Below are positions 40,901 through 49,559 of a DNA stretch of 64,000 nucleotides, piece by piece. Both the position numbers and the translations under genes were made by a program. The notes under the pieces were generated by a model, which searched no databases, was not told the DNA's origin, and saw nothing but the letters and a program-made list of their open reading frames with translations. The DNA is from a virus. Taxonomy: Duplodnaviria; Caudoviricetes. Position 1 is the stretch's first letter; the number at the start of each line of letters is the position of its first letter. The DNA lies in IMG/VR virus record IMGVR_UViG_3300047561_000814, positions 1 to 64,000 of that record. One strand, 5' to 3'.

Positions 40901-41228
40901 TAATGATAATAGAATTGTTTCTGCAGTTCCTATTGACGAAGTAAAAGGATCAACAAATGCACTTGTTAAGTTTTTAAGTTATAAGCAACTACCCTATACA
41001 GAAGATGAAATGTTTGTTGTTTCATTTAAATCAAGAATAACAAAGGCTGGAAAGAAAATGGCTTCTTTAACCTTAGCAGATACGTCAAGAGACTTACACT
41101 CAGTGACAGTATTCCCTACTGCATTTCCAAAAGCATACATGCACATTGAAGAAGGCAAGTCGTATAAATTTAGTTTTGGTAAAACCAAAGATGGCACGGT
41201 AATTATGGAGGATGTAAATGTCAGTTAA
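37941..41228 (+). CDS. dnaE: DNA polymerase III alpha subunit
   Basis: PHP motifs HVHTHYSLFDG and AITDHG, GPGRGSSAGSLV, PDIDTD, HAAGVV, KIDALGL and YSFNKSHAVAY. Confidence 0.96.
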   Translation: MNYVGLHVHTHYSLFDGIATPQEYVDRAIKLGMNALAITDHGSLSGHREFYRSAKEKGIKPILGLEGYMCADISDKRDKSERTGQQDLVYNHIILLAKNQKGLENLNKISEIAWTDGFFKKPRFDFEILQKYKDGIIVTSACPSSVIVKALEEQEFALAKKHIKWFKDNFGSDYYIEVMPHNTPEINKYLIDLADEFNIKVVVTPDCHHVDESQKHIQEFKLLMNTHAKVQKDATYTKSVKIDSMMERLDYLYGEDRQITFNKFDIHLLSYEEIKVAMKKQGIDREDIYSNTLLLAETVKDYEIKDGLDLLPVQYKNPDQELATLAFAALEEKRLNPNWLGNDVYEQRLMEELEIIRDKKFAPYFLVVQNMISWAKKEGILVGPGRGSSAGSLVCYLLGITDIDPLEHGLLFFRFINPERNDFPDIDTDIQDTRRDEVKDYLVRQYRHVASIATFLQFKDKGVVRDVARVLDIPLADVNKVLKLVDTWDEYCTSKTTLSFREKYPEVEIYGEQLRGRIRGTGIHAAGVVTSKDPIFRYAPLETRSSPGSDYRIPVVGVDMEEAEKIGLIKIDALGLKTLSVVKDCIDMIKQNHYKDIDLLSIDMTDSKVYEMLSDGYTKGVFQCEATPYTNLLVKMGVKNFSELAASNALVRPGAMNTIGKDYIARKHGKQNVSYIHQTMKEFTDDTYGCILYQEQVMQACVYLGGMTMAEADKVRKIIGKKKDAKEFNLFQDRFVAGASKFISPNKALDLWKDFEEHAGYSFNKSHAVAYSTLSYWTAWLKYYYPLEFMFALLKNEKDKDGRTEYLIEAKRMGISVKLPHINDSDLDFKIEGKGIRFGLTGIKFISNNIAQKYIDARPFNSYKQLEEFTFTKGNGVNSRALNALRLTGAATFSDNPRNDEDIKENLYEYLNLPEFNISIPSHYYAFIQSIEDFEEKGSFILMGMVKAIKRGKGWSRVEILDKTGSVGIFDEESTTIETGRTYLILANDNRIVSAVPIDEVKGSTNALVKFLSYKQLPYTEDEMFVVSFKSRITKAGKKMASLTLADTSRDLHSVTVFPTAFPKAYMHIEEGKSYKFSFGKTKDGTVIMEDVNVS

Positions 41229-42231
41229 CATACAAGATGTACTAGCACAGTTAGACCCAAGAATTAGAAAACGTCTTGGGACAGGAGAGGGAATTACTTT
41301 TGAGTATCAACCAACTCCAAGTTTTGGTTTAAATCGTGCCCTTGGCGGTGGATTGCCATACGGAAGACAGGTTCTTATATGGGGTAGCAAGTCATCTGCT
41401 AAGTCTTCTATGTGTCTACAAATGATTGCTTTAGCACAAAAAGAAGGCAAGGTTTGTGCATGGATTGATTCTGAAATGTCCTATTCGGAAGACTGGGCTA
41501 AACTGATGGGGGTAGATCCAACAAAACTAATTTACTCTCAAGCACGTACTATTAGCGATATGGTAGATGTTGGCGTTGGACTTATAAATGCTGGAGTTGA
41601 TCTTATTGTTATTGACTCAATTACATCAATGCTTCCTGCAATATATTTTGAAAAAGATTCAGACGAAATGAAGGCGCTTGAAAATACAAAGCAGATTGGT
41701 GCAGAGTCTAGAGACTTTAGCAATGCCTGGAAAATGCTTAACTATGCTAACAATAAAGTAAAGCCCACGCTGCTTGTTCTTATTTCACAATCAAGAAATA
41801 ATATTAATGCAATGTACACAAGCCAACAACCTTCTGGCGGTCAGGCAACTAAGTTCTACTCATCTTGCGTAATTAAATTGTTTTCTTCTGAATCAGAAAA
41901 TCAAGCAATTAAAGGAAAGATTAAAATTGGAGATAAATTAATTGAAGAAAAAATTGGTAGAAAGATTCGTTGGGAACTACAATTCTCTAAAACCTCTCCA
42001 GGGTTCCAATCTGGTGAGTATGATTTTTATTTTAGAGGTGACAATATTGGTATTGATGCAATAGGAGATTTAGTTGATACTGCAGAATCAATGGGCTTGG
42101 TTAATAGAACTGGCGCATGGTATCAGTTAGATGACGGCACAAAGGTACAAGGCCGTGATGGTTTTATTGCTCGTGTTAAAGAAGATCTAGATTTACAGGA
42201 ACAACTTAAGAAAAAAATAATTGATGCCTGA
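41218..42231 (+). CDS. recA: RecA/UvsX-like recombinase
   Basis: LGGGLPYGR, variant Walker A GSKSSAKS, IVIDSI, GGQATKFYSS and GAWY...QGRD. Confidence 0.9.
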   Translation: MSVNIQDVLAQLDPRIRKRLGTGEGITFEYQPTPSFGLNRALGGGLPYGRQVLIWGSKSSAKSSMCLQMIALAQKEGKVCAWIDSEMSYSEDWAKLMGVDPTKLIYSQARTISDMVDVGVGLINAGVDLIVIDSITSMLPAIYFEKDSDEMKALENTKQIGAESRDFSNAWKMLNYANNKVKPTLLVLISQSRNNINAMYTSQQPSGGQATKFYSSCVIKLFSSESENQAIKGKIKIGDKLIEEKIGRKIRWELQFSKTSPGFQSGEYDFYFRGDNIGIDAIGDLVDTAESMGLVNRTGAWYQLDDGTKVQGRDGFIARVKEDLDLQEQLKKKIIDA

Positions 42232-42421
42232 GCAAATTTTTACTGTATATCCTGGAAAATGGCCATGCAAGACTTGTCAAGAAGTTGTAATATCTTTAAG
42301 GTATTGGCCAGAAACTGGAAATGCCACCTGGATGTGTACACAAAAACATATTTCAAAAGTTAATCTATTACCTCCAACAAAGAAGGACTATGAGCAAAAA
42401 CAAAGAAAAGAGATTATATAA
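42224..42421 (+). CDS. Small Cys/His (zinc-binding) protein
   Basis: CKTC...CTQKH motif, overlapping the recA stop. Confidence 0.55.
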   Translation: MPEQIFTVYPGKWPCKTCQEVVISLRYWPETGNATWMCTQKHISKVNLLPPTKKDYEQKQRKEII

Positions 42422-43012
42422 ATGAGTAATAATAAAAAAAATGAAACTGAAACAGGATTTTATAATTTTATAGATAAAACTATTTTTGGACAAAGTTTAA
42501 TTCATTTAATTAATTTAAATTTGCCCAAAGACTCTGTTATTGTAGAGGTAGGAACTGGCTATGGCACAACAGCATGTATGATTGCACAGCATTGTCCAAA
42601 TATTAAAAAAATATATACAATAGATCCATATACGCCATACAACACATCTTGGGTTGGAGGCGATATTTTTTTTGGTAAAAAAGAAATTGATAATGCAAAA
42701 GTTATTGCAAAACATAATATTGAGTTTAGTGGATTTAAAGAAAAAATAGAATCATTAAATATAACATCTGACTCTTCTTTATCAATTTTTGATAATGAAT
42801 CTATAGATTTACTTTTTTATGATGCAACGCAAACTGTTGAAATTATATATAAAGATCTTTTTAATTGGTATAAAAAAATAAAAAGAAAAGGAATTGTTTC
42901 TGGACATTGTTGGAGCGTTTTAAAAGATGGAATATTGAAATTTAAAAATAATATAGACAGTGATAGCATTTTAAGTGTTTATGATGATGTTTGGGTGTGG
43001 CAAAAAAAATGA
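42422..43012 (+). CDS. Class I SAM-dependent methyltransferase (Methyltransf_24-like)
   Basis: VEVGTGYG motif I, YTIDPY, IDLLFYDA and KRKGIVSGH. Markedly AT-rich. Confidence 0.75.
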   Translation: MSNNKKNETETGFYNFIDKTIFGQSLIHLINLNLPKDSVIVEVGTGYGTTACMIAQHCPNIKKIYTIDPYTPYNTSWVGGDIFFGKKEIDNAKVIAKHNIEFSGFKEKIESLNITSDSSLSIFDNESIDLLFYDATQTVEIIYKDLFNWYKKIKRKGIVSGHCWSVLKDGILKFKNNIDSDSILSVYDDVWVWQKK

Positions 43013-43308
43013 CAGAAAAAAATGAATCAAAAAAAATAGGTGCAAAACAGCATAAAAATTCTGGTAGAAATACACAGAAAGGCGATGCCACTTGGAGAGG
43101 ATTTGTTGTTGACTTTAAAGAAGCCAGCAAATCTTTTACATTAAATAAAGATGTATGGGCAAAGGTCGTTACTGACTCAATCCAGGCAGGTAGAGATAAA
43201 TCTCCAGCCATTATTGTAATTCTTGGAGAAGGCAATACAAAGGTAAGACTTGCTATAATTGAAATGAACATGCTAGAGCAATTAACAGAGGAGGAATATA
43301 ATGTCTGA
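43009..43308 (+). CDS. PD-(D/E)XK nuclease, Holliday-junction-resolvase-like
   Basis: NSGR...KGDA...VVDFKE pattern. Confidence 0.55.
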   Translation: MTEKNESKKIGAKQHKNSGRNTQKGDATWRGFVVDFKEASKSFTLNKDVWAKVVTDSIQAGRDKSPAIIVILGEGNTKVRLAIIEMNMLEQLTEEEYNV

Positions 43309-43615
43309 AACAGGAACACAGAAAACAACACTTGACATGGTAAATGGTTTAACAGAAATTGCAGACTATATGCAAGATGAGGAGTTAACCGTTGCCTTAA
43401 CTATGATTGCAAAGATTATCATAAAACCAGATATTCCCCTACAGGCTGCTAGTCTTGAAATTGTAAGGCTACAGGCCATTGCAGCAAAGATGTCTTTTAA
43501 AGCCACTTGGATGGCTAATGTTGACAAATCTGACAGGGCAAAGAAAAATATATACTTTACAGCAGCACAAGCAATAAACGATTTGGTCTCAGCGCTTAAA
43601 TACATAATGCGCTAA
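43301..43615 (+). CDS. Hypothetical helical protein
   Basis: GAGGAGG RBS, 104-aa ORF. Confidence 0.6.
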   Translation: MSETGTQKTTLDMVNGLTEIADYMQDEELTVALTMIAKIIIKPDIPLQAASLEIVRLQAIAAKMSFKATWMANVDKSDRAKKNIYFTAAQAINDLVSALKYIMR

Positions 43616-43648
43616 CCTGCTATAATTAATATAAACAAAGGATAAAAC

Positions 43649-44512
43649 ATGGCTAAAAACTTACTAAAACAGATTATGATTAAAGATATCAAAAAGAACA
43701 AAAGAAATAGTGAAGAAGATGAAAATCTTGTTGAGGGGTTAGACACTGCCATAAACGCTGGCTATCTTACTAAAACAAAACCAAAATTTACTAAGAAAAA
43801 TAACTTCTCTGCATCCAATCTAACATATGGCTCAGGAGAATGTCCAAGGTATTGGTCTCTAGCCTTTGATGGTCAGATCTTCTATGATAATTCAGACGCA
43901 ATTGGTGTAGCAAATAGAACACAAGGAAGCCTTGGACATGGAAGAATTCAAGAAGCAATAGAAGCCTCTGGTTTACTTGCAGAAGATTTAGAGTTTGATC
44001 CAATACCAAGAAAGTATAACCAACAAACTCATCCAGCAATGGAGTTTAGAGTTAAAATTGATGATCCACCGTTTGATGGGTATGGAGATGTCATGCTTGA
44101 CTACAAAGGTGAAAGACTTGTTGGTGAAATTAAAACAGTAAGAAACGATGACTTTGAACATAAAAAATTAAGTAGAAAACCTAAAATGGGTCACTTAATG
44201 CAATTACTAATGTATATGAAGGTTTGGAAAATTGGTAAGGGTGTAATGATTTATGAAAATAAAAACAATCACGAATTACTTACCTTACCCGTTATAGTAA
44301 ATGATCAGTATCGTACTTGGGTAGATGAAACATTTGAATGGATGAGAGTAGTTTACAAAAGTTGGCAAGATAAACAATTACCAGAAATTCCCTATCGTTC
44401 AAATTCAAGAGTTTGCAAGGTGTGTCCTATTCAAAAAGCATGTGCAGAAGCAGGGGACGGAACAATCAAAATTAAACCTATGAAATTATTAAAGGACGAG
44501 AAAGATGAATAA
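43649..44512 (+). CDS. Cas4/RecB-family exonuclease
   Basis: ECPRY, GYGDV...VGEIKT, QLLMYM and a C-terminal CKVCPIQKAC Fe-S cluster. Own TGCTATAAT promoter (43618-43626). Confidence 0.85.
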   Translation: MAKNLLKQIMIKDIKKNKRNSEEDENLVEGLDTAINAGYLTKTKPKFTKKNNFSASNLTYGSGECPRYWSLAFDGQIFYDNSDAIGVANRTQGSLGHGRIQEAIEASGLLAEDLEFDPIPRKYNQQTHPAMEFRVKIDDPPFDGYGDVMLDYKGERLVGEIKTVRNDDFEHKKLSRKPKMGHLMQLLMYMKVWKIGKGVMIYENKNNHELLTLPVIVNDQYRTWVDETFEWMRVVYKSWQDKQLPEIPYRSNSRVCKVCPIQKACAEAGDGTIKIKPMKLLKDEKDE

Positions 44513-44514
44513 AT

Positions 44515-44805
44515 GTGAAACTATGTGAAAGGTGCGAGACCCAGTTTAAACCAAAGGTAAGTTATCAAATTTATTGTGGAGATGTTTGTAGAGAAGAAGC
44601 CACCAAAATAAAGATAGCCGAAAGGTATCACATAACTCGTAGACAAAGAAGGATAGGTAAAAAAAGACTTTGTATTGGTGGCTGTAAAGAACAACTTTCA
44701 ATATATAACGATTCTGGCTTTTGTCCTAATTGTAATATAAATAAAAAAGAAGTAGACAAAATGTTAAAACAACTAAAAGGATTCTTTGACTATGAACAAA
44801 AATAA
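44515..44805 (+). CDS. Cys-rich zinc-binding protein
   Basis: CERC, CGDVC, CIGGC and CPNC motifs. Confidence 0.6.
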   Translation: MKLCERCETQFKPKVSYQIYCGDVCREEATKIKIAERYHITRRQRRIGKKRLCIGGCKEQLSIYNDSGFCPNCNINKKEVDKMLKQLKGFFDYEQK

Positions 44806-45364
44806 CCAAAAAACAATTTGTGCTATTGATGCAAGCACCAACAGTCTTGCTTTTGCTATTTTTAATAATAAGACCCTAGGTAGTATTGGTAAAATTAATT
44901 TTAATGGAAAAACAAATTATGAAAAAGTAATAGATGCCTGTGCTAAGACAAGGGCATTCTTTGAACATTTTGGTGGATTTGAAGCAATTATAATTGAACA
45001 TACCGTATTTATGAACAGTCCTAAAACTGCTGCAGATCTAGCATTAGTTCAGGGGGCACTATTAGGTGCTGCTGGACTAACTGGAACAAAAGTTATAGGA
45101 ACCGTATCACCAATAACCTGGCAAAATTATTTAGGAAATAAAAGGTTAACCAAAGAAGAACAACTAGGAATTAGATTAATGAATCCTGGAAAATCAGTTT
45201 CTTGGTACAAAACATACGAACGGCAAATAAGAAAAGAAAGGACCATAAAACTAATTGAAATTAATTATGATAAAATTATTAAAGACAATGACGTTGCTGA
45301 TGCTTGTGGTATCGGCCATTGGGCTATTAATAACTGGAACAAAGCAATGAGAATTGAGGAATAA
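44786..45364 (+). CDS. RuvC-like Holliday junction resolvase
   Basis: CAIDASTNSLAFAIF, IIIEH, VSPITWQ and DNDVADACGIG motifs. Confidence 0.85.
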   Translation: MTMNKNNQKTICAIDASTNSLAFAIFNNKTLGSIGKINFNGKTNYEKVIDACAKTRAFFEHFGGFEAIIIEHTVFMNSPKTAADLALVQGALLGAAGLTGTKVIGTVSPITWQNYLGNKRLTKEEQLGIRLMNPGKSVSWYKTYERQIRKERTIKLIEINYDKIIKDNDVADACGIGHWAINNWNKAMRIEE

Positions 45365-46008
45365 TGCCAGAGTTAAATGCAAACATACCACCAATTGAGT
45401 GCTATGTTCGTGGTAACTTCTTAAGAGATCAAGAAGATAGTCATGATAAATATTTTCCATGTGTAATTTTTGGAGTATCTAGCGTTAAGGCCAGAAGTCC
45501 TTTGTTTCATTTTTTAATGGAAGATGGTGGTATTTGGTGGCGAATGCCAATCAATGCATTTTGCACTAAACCTAATGTACCTGAAGAGCCTATATACAAC
45601 CTTGTGTTGTGGAATTCATTTTCTCCACACATATCTGTAACTAAATTTCAAAACTTAAGCAATATGAGAATGTCATACTTAGATAGAGAAAAGAATCAGG
45701 TTCCTGGCAAGTACCTATTTACTTTAGATTGGCATAATCCAGATAGCAATGTATTAGACGATGGCTATTCTGAAAATCCAGGGCAGCATAAGTGTGGTCA
45801 TGTTATTCAAAGAGATGATGGCAATTTTGCTATTCAACCTAACAATAGGGTTAAGTTATACGAGCCATCATTTGTTACTAAACCAGACCTTCTGCTTCAT
45901 AGATTAGTTAATACAAATAAGTGGGATGTTGAAAGTTATGATAAATGGGTACTAGAAGACTCAAATTCCTATAATTATGATATTAATATTGCTGAAATTG
46001 ACAAATAA
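45364..46008 (+). CDS. Conserved phage hypothetical protein
   Basis: LNANIPPIECYVR, RMPINAF, YLFTLDW and HKCGH...GNFAIQPNNR. Coupled start. Confidence 0.6.
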   Translation: MPELNANIPPIECYVRGNFLRDQEDSHDKYFPCVIFGVSSVKARSPLFHFLMEDGGIWWRMPINAFCTKPNVPEEPIYNLVLWNSFSPHISVTKFQNLSNMRMSYLDREKNQVPGKYLFTLDWHNPDSNVLDDGYSENPGQHKCGHVIQRDDGNFAIQPNNRVKLYEPSFVTKPDLLLHRLVNTNKWDVESYDKWVLEDSNSYNYDINIAEIDK

Positions 46009-46026
46009 TCCAATGGCTGCTAAACT
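45998..46026 (+). promoter_or_regulatory. Sigma70-type promoter
   Basis: TTGACA, 17-nt spacer ending in TGC, then TAAACT. Confidence 0.55.
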
Positions 46027-46168
46027 ATATACAAGCGAGACTTGGTTACGTAAAAGATTTCTTATGGACAAAAAATCTCCACAAGATATTGCTAAAGAGT
46101 GTGGGGCAAGCATAGAAACAATTTATGTGTACCTTGCAAAATTTGGATTAAGGAAATCAAAAAGATGA
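46013..46168 (+). CDS. Small HTH protein
   Basis: WLRKRF...KSPQDIAKECGASIETIYVYLAKFGL. Confidence 0.6.
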   Translation: MAAKLYTSETWLRKRFLMDKKSPQDIAKECGASIETIYVYLAKFGLRKSKR

Positions 46169-46920
46169 GCAAAAAAGATACAGTAAATGTATATTGGGCA
46201 CCAGCATATTCTATGAACATGAAAGGGGCAAAAGAATGGAACATGATTTATCAAGATCCATTTAATTTATTTACAGAATTAAACAAAGATAAAAACTTAC
46301 TTATTGATAAATCGTCTTATTTTACTTGTCCAGTAACAAAAAATTTATTTAAAAACACATATTTTTTTAAAAATACAATAAGTTGTAAGTATGAATATGA
46401 TTTTACTGTAAATCCTCCTATTATTAATCCACTTACAGAAAATTTTATTAATTTAAATATAATCAGAGACCCAAACATGAAGTCTTATCCATTAATAGCA
46501 ATGTCTTTATATTATATATTGTTTTCCGAAGAACCACTTGTTGCAACATTCTCAAATCCAACATTTCATAAACCAGAGTATATCAATTATGGAACATGTA
46601 TTCCTGGAGAATTTGATATTGGTCAGTGGTTTAGACCATATCCAATGGAAATTCAATTGTGGAATCAAAAAGGAATATTTGAATTAAAAGAATATGAGCC
46701 ATTATTTTATGTTAAATTTAACACCGATAAAAAAATTAACTTACAAAGATTTGTTTTTAATGAAAAATTATCACAATATTCTGATCATTGTATTAATTAT
46801 AAAAATATTTTTGGATTTTTTCATCCATTAAGTAAAATGTATTCAAAATTTAAAGAGTCTAAGTTAAATACTTTAATTTTAAAAGAAATTAAAAATAATT
46901 TAGTGGAAGAAATAAAATGA
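46165..46920 (+). CDS. Hypothetical protein, AT-rich accessory gene
   Basis: ATGA overlap with the preceding gene. YFTCP, IPGEFDIGQWFRP and EPLFYVKF motifs. Confidence 0.6.
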   Translation: MSKKDTVNVYWAPAYSMNMKGAKEWNMIYQDPFNLFTELNKDKNLLIDKSSYFTCPVTKNLFKNTYFFKNTISCKYEYDFTVNPPIINPLTENFINLNIIRDPNMKSYPLIAMSLYYILFSEEPLVATFSNPTFHKPEYINYGTCIPGEFDIGQWFRPYPMEIQLWNQKGIFELKEYEPLFYVKFNTDKKINLQRFVFNEKLSQYSDHCINYKNIFGFFHPLSKMYSKFKESKLNTLILKEIKNNLVEEIK

Positions 46921-47252
46921 AACCAAGTGCAGTATTTAAAGATGTTAAAGATTTTAAATGTGAGGATCTTTATCTTCAATCAATTGGGGCGCCATCTGGC
47001 ACTTTAATTTGGCAAACATGTCATTCTATAACACAAATGCTTATTGAAAAAAACATAGCATACGGTGACTCTGCCTTAGATCCTGTAAGAATTTTTAGCA
47101 AGTCCGATCCAGCAGAACAACTTAAAGTTAGAATTGACGACAAACTAAGTCGTCTTATGAAAGGCACAGACTATCCTGGAGATAATGACATTGATGATTT
47201 AATAGGATATTTAGTTTTATTAAAAATAGCAAAGGAAAAAAATGTCAACTGA
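46917..47252 (+). CDS. DUF1599/Nmad1-like nucleotide-modification-associated protein
   Basis: LIEKNIAYGDS, VRIDDKLSRL and DDLIGYLVL motifs. Confidence 0.65.
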   Translation: MKPSAVFKDVKDFKCEDLYLQSIGAPSGTLIWQTCHSITQMLIEKNIAYGDSALDPVRIFSKSDPAEQLKVRIDDKLSRLMKGTDYPGDNDIDDLIGYLVLLKIAKEKNVN

Positions 47253-47775
47253 ATCAGAATTAATTGAGCACCTTGATGAAGTTAATAAGGTAGTTACAGA
47301 ATATCTTAAAGGTCAAGATCCAACAAAAATTTCTAAAGAGTTAGATATTCCACGTACTCGTGTTGTTTCATTAATTAATGAGTGGAAAGTTATGGCATCT
47401 GCAAATGATGCGATTCGTGCTCGTGCTAAAGAAGCCCTTGCTGGAGCAGATACTCATTACACAAAACTTATTACAAAGGCTTATGAGGTAATTGATGAAT
47501 CAAGTATGACTAATAATCTTAGTGCAAAGACTCAAGCAATTAAGTTGGTGATGGATATTGAAAAATCTAGAATTGAAATGTTACAAAAAGCAGGACTTTT
47601 AGAAAATAAAGAACTTGCAGAAGAAATGGTTGAAATTGAAAGACGACAAGAAGTTCTTGTTGAAATCTTAAGAGACATTGCCTCAACCCATCCAGAGGTT
47701 CGTGATTTAATTATGAGACGCCTTTCTCAAATTGCTAAAGATGGAGAGGTAATTACAATTGTCCAAGATGTTTAA
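47242..47775 (+). CDS. Terminase small subunit (putative; N-terminal HTH plus coiled coil)
   Basis: YLKGQDPTKISKELDIPRTRV HTH, immediately upstream of the large subunit. Confidence 0.65.
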   Translation: MSTESELIEHLDEVNKVVTEYLKGQDPTKISKELDIPRTRVVSLINEWKVMASANDAIRARAKEALAGADTHYTKLITKAYEVIDESSMTNNLSAKTQAIKLVMDIEKSRIEMLQKAGLLENKELAEEMVEIERRQEVLVEILRDIASTHPEVRDLIMRRLSQIAKDGEVITIVQDV

Positions 47776-49543
47776 TGATTTTTTAGAAGTTTTAAAAGAA
47801 AATCAATTTGACGAGATTCCAGTAGACGCAAAAACATTTGTTGAGTCTGCTGATTATCTTGGACAGCCACAATTATCTTTAATTCAATATGAAATTGTAG
47901 AAGCAATGAGTCAAATTTATCGTAAAGAAGAACTACAAGAAATTTTTGGATCTGTTGCTGGCTCTCAATATTTTGATAAATACACTAAAAATGAAATTAT
48001 TTTGCAACTTGGCAAGGGATCTGGAAAAGACTTTGTATCAACGGTAGCCTGTGCATACATAGTCTATAAACTATTGTGTCTTAAAGATCCTGCTAGATAT
48101 TATGGAAAACCAAGCGGGGATGCAATTGATATCATAAACGTAGCCATTAACGCACAACAAGCAAAGAACGTATTCTTTAAAGGATTTAAAACTAAGATAG
48201 AAAAATCACCATGGTTTGCAGGAAAGTATAACGCAAAGGCTGATAGTGTTGAGTTTGATAAATCAATTACTGTCTACTCTGGACACTCAGAAAGAGAATC
48301 ACACGAAGGGTTAAATTTACTTCTTGCAGTACTTGACGAAATTTCTGGCTTTGCATCTGAAGTTGGAACTGGTAATGAACAAGGTAAGACTGCAGAAAAT
48401 ATTTATAAAGCATTTCGTGGTTCTGTAGATTCTCGTTTTCCAGATTTGGGTAAGTTAGTATTACTTTCATTTCCCCGCTATCAAGGTGACTTTATTTCTA
48501 AAAGATATGAAGATGTTATTGCAGAAAAAGAAACTATTGAAAAGAAACATTTATTTATTATGAATGAAGACCTTCCACATGATGATCCAAATAATCAATT
48601 TGAAATTGCATGGGAAGAAGATACAATTCTTTCTTATAAAGTTCCAAAAGTTTTAGCACTTAAAAAAACAACTTGGGATGTAAACCCTACTAGAAAAATA
48701 GATGATTTTAAGTTAGCATTCTATACAGACCTTGGCGACGCCATGATGCGGTTTGCATGTACGCCAACCTTTGCATCAGATGCATTTTTTAAGGATAAAG
48801 CAAAACTAGAAAAAGTAATGACATTAAGAAATCCAGTTGACAATTTTAGAAGGTTTGATGAATCATTTAAACCTGATCCAGAAAAAATATATTACATTCA
48901 CGCCGACCTTGCTCAGAAACACGACAAATGTGCTGTAGCAATTGCTCACGTAGACAAGTGGGTAAACATTCAAGTTATTAAAGATTATGAACAAGTAGCG
49001 CCAATGGTTATTGTTGATGCAGTTGCTTGGTGGGAACCAAAAGCAGAAGGTCCAGTTAATTTATCAGAAGTAAAACAATGGATTATTAATTTACGAAGAC
49101 AAGGATTCAATATTGGTGTTGTTTCGTTTGACCGTTGGCAGTCATTTGACATTCAACAGGAATTAAAAGCGGTAGGCATAAAGACTGACACTGTTTCTGT
49201 TGCTAAAAAACACTACGAAGATTTAGCAATGATGATATATGAAGAAAGAGTTGCAATACCAAGAATTCCTTTATTGCTGGAAGAGATGTCAGAACTCAAA
49301 ATTATGAAAAATACTAGGGTTGATCATCCACGTAAAAAATCTAAGGACCTAGCAGATGCTGTATGTGGCGCTGTATTTGGAGCAATATCACATACACCTA
49401 AAGATTCTAACCATGAGATTGAGATTCATACTTGGTCTACTTCTGCACGACTTGCAGAAAAACAAAGGGATATGGTAGAATTAGACAACAAGGAAATGCC
49501 TAAAGATGTTAGAGATTTTCTTGATAGATTAAACATAATATAA
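47759..49543 (+). CDS. terL: Terminase large subunit
   Basis: Walker A GKGSGKD, Walker B AVLDEISGF, nuclease motifs HADLA, FDRWQS and DHPRKKSKDLADA. Confidence 0.92.
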   Translation: MSKMFNDFLEVLKENQFDEIPVDAKTFVESADYLGQPQLSLIQYEIVEAMSQIYRKEELQEIFGSVAGSQYFDKYTKNEIILQLGKGSGKDFVSTVACAYIVYKLLCLKDPARYYGKPSGDAIDIINVAINAQQAKNVFFKGFKTKIEKSPWFAGKYNAKADSVEFDKSITVYSGHSERESHEGLNLLLAVLDEISGFASEVGTGNEQGKTAENIYKAFRGSVDSRFPDLGKLVLLSFPRYQGDFISKRYEDVIAEKETIEKKHLFIMNEDLPHDDPNNQFEIAWEEDTILSYKVPKVLALKKTTWDVNPTRKIDDFKLAFYTDLGDAMMRFACTPTFASDAFFKDKAKLEKVMTLRNPVDNFRRFDESFKPDPEKIYYIHADLAQKHDKCAVAIAHVDKWVNIQVIKDYEQVAPMVIVDAVAWWEPKAEGPVNLSEVKQWIINLRRQGFNIGVVSFDRWQSFDIQQELKAVGIKTDTVSVAKKHYEDLAMMIYEERVAIPRIPLLLEEMSELKIMKNTRVDHPRKKSKDLADAVCGAVFGAISHTPKDSNHEIEIHTWSTSARLAEKQRDMVELDNKEMPKDVRDFLDRLNII

Positions 49544-49559
49544 ACAAACAAGGAGAACA

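Noticed and set aside
43649-44512. Cas4-like gene as evidence of a CRISPR-Cas system
   Set aside because: No repeat-spacer array or other cas genes were seen. Stand-alone Cas4-like exonucleases are common in phage recombination modules.
3310-49543. Inteins or introns in nrdJ, dnaB, dnaE, recA and terL
   Set aside because: The ORFs are continuous and of ordinary length, with no intein splice-junction or LAGLIDADG motifs noticed.
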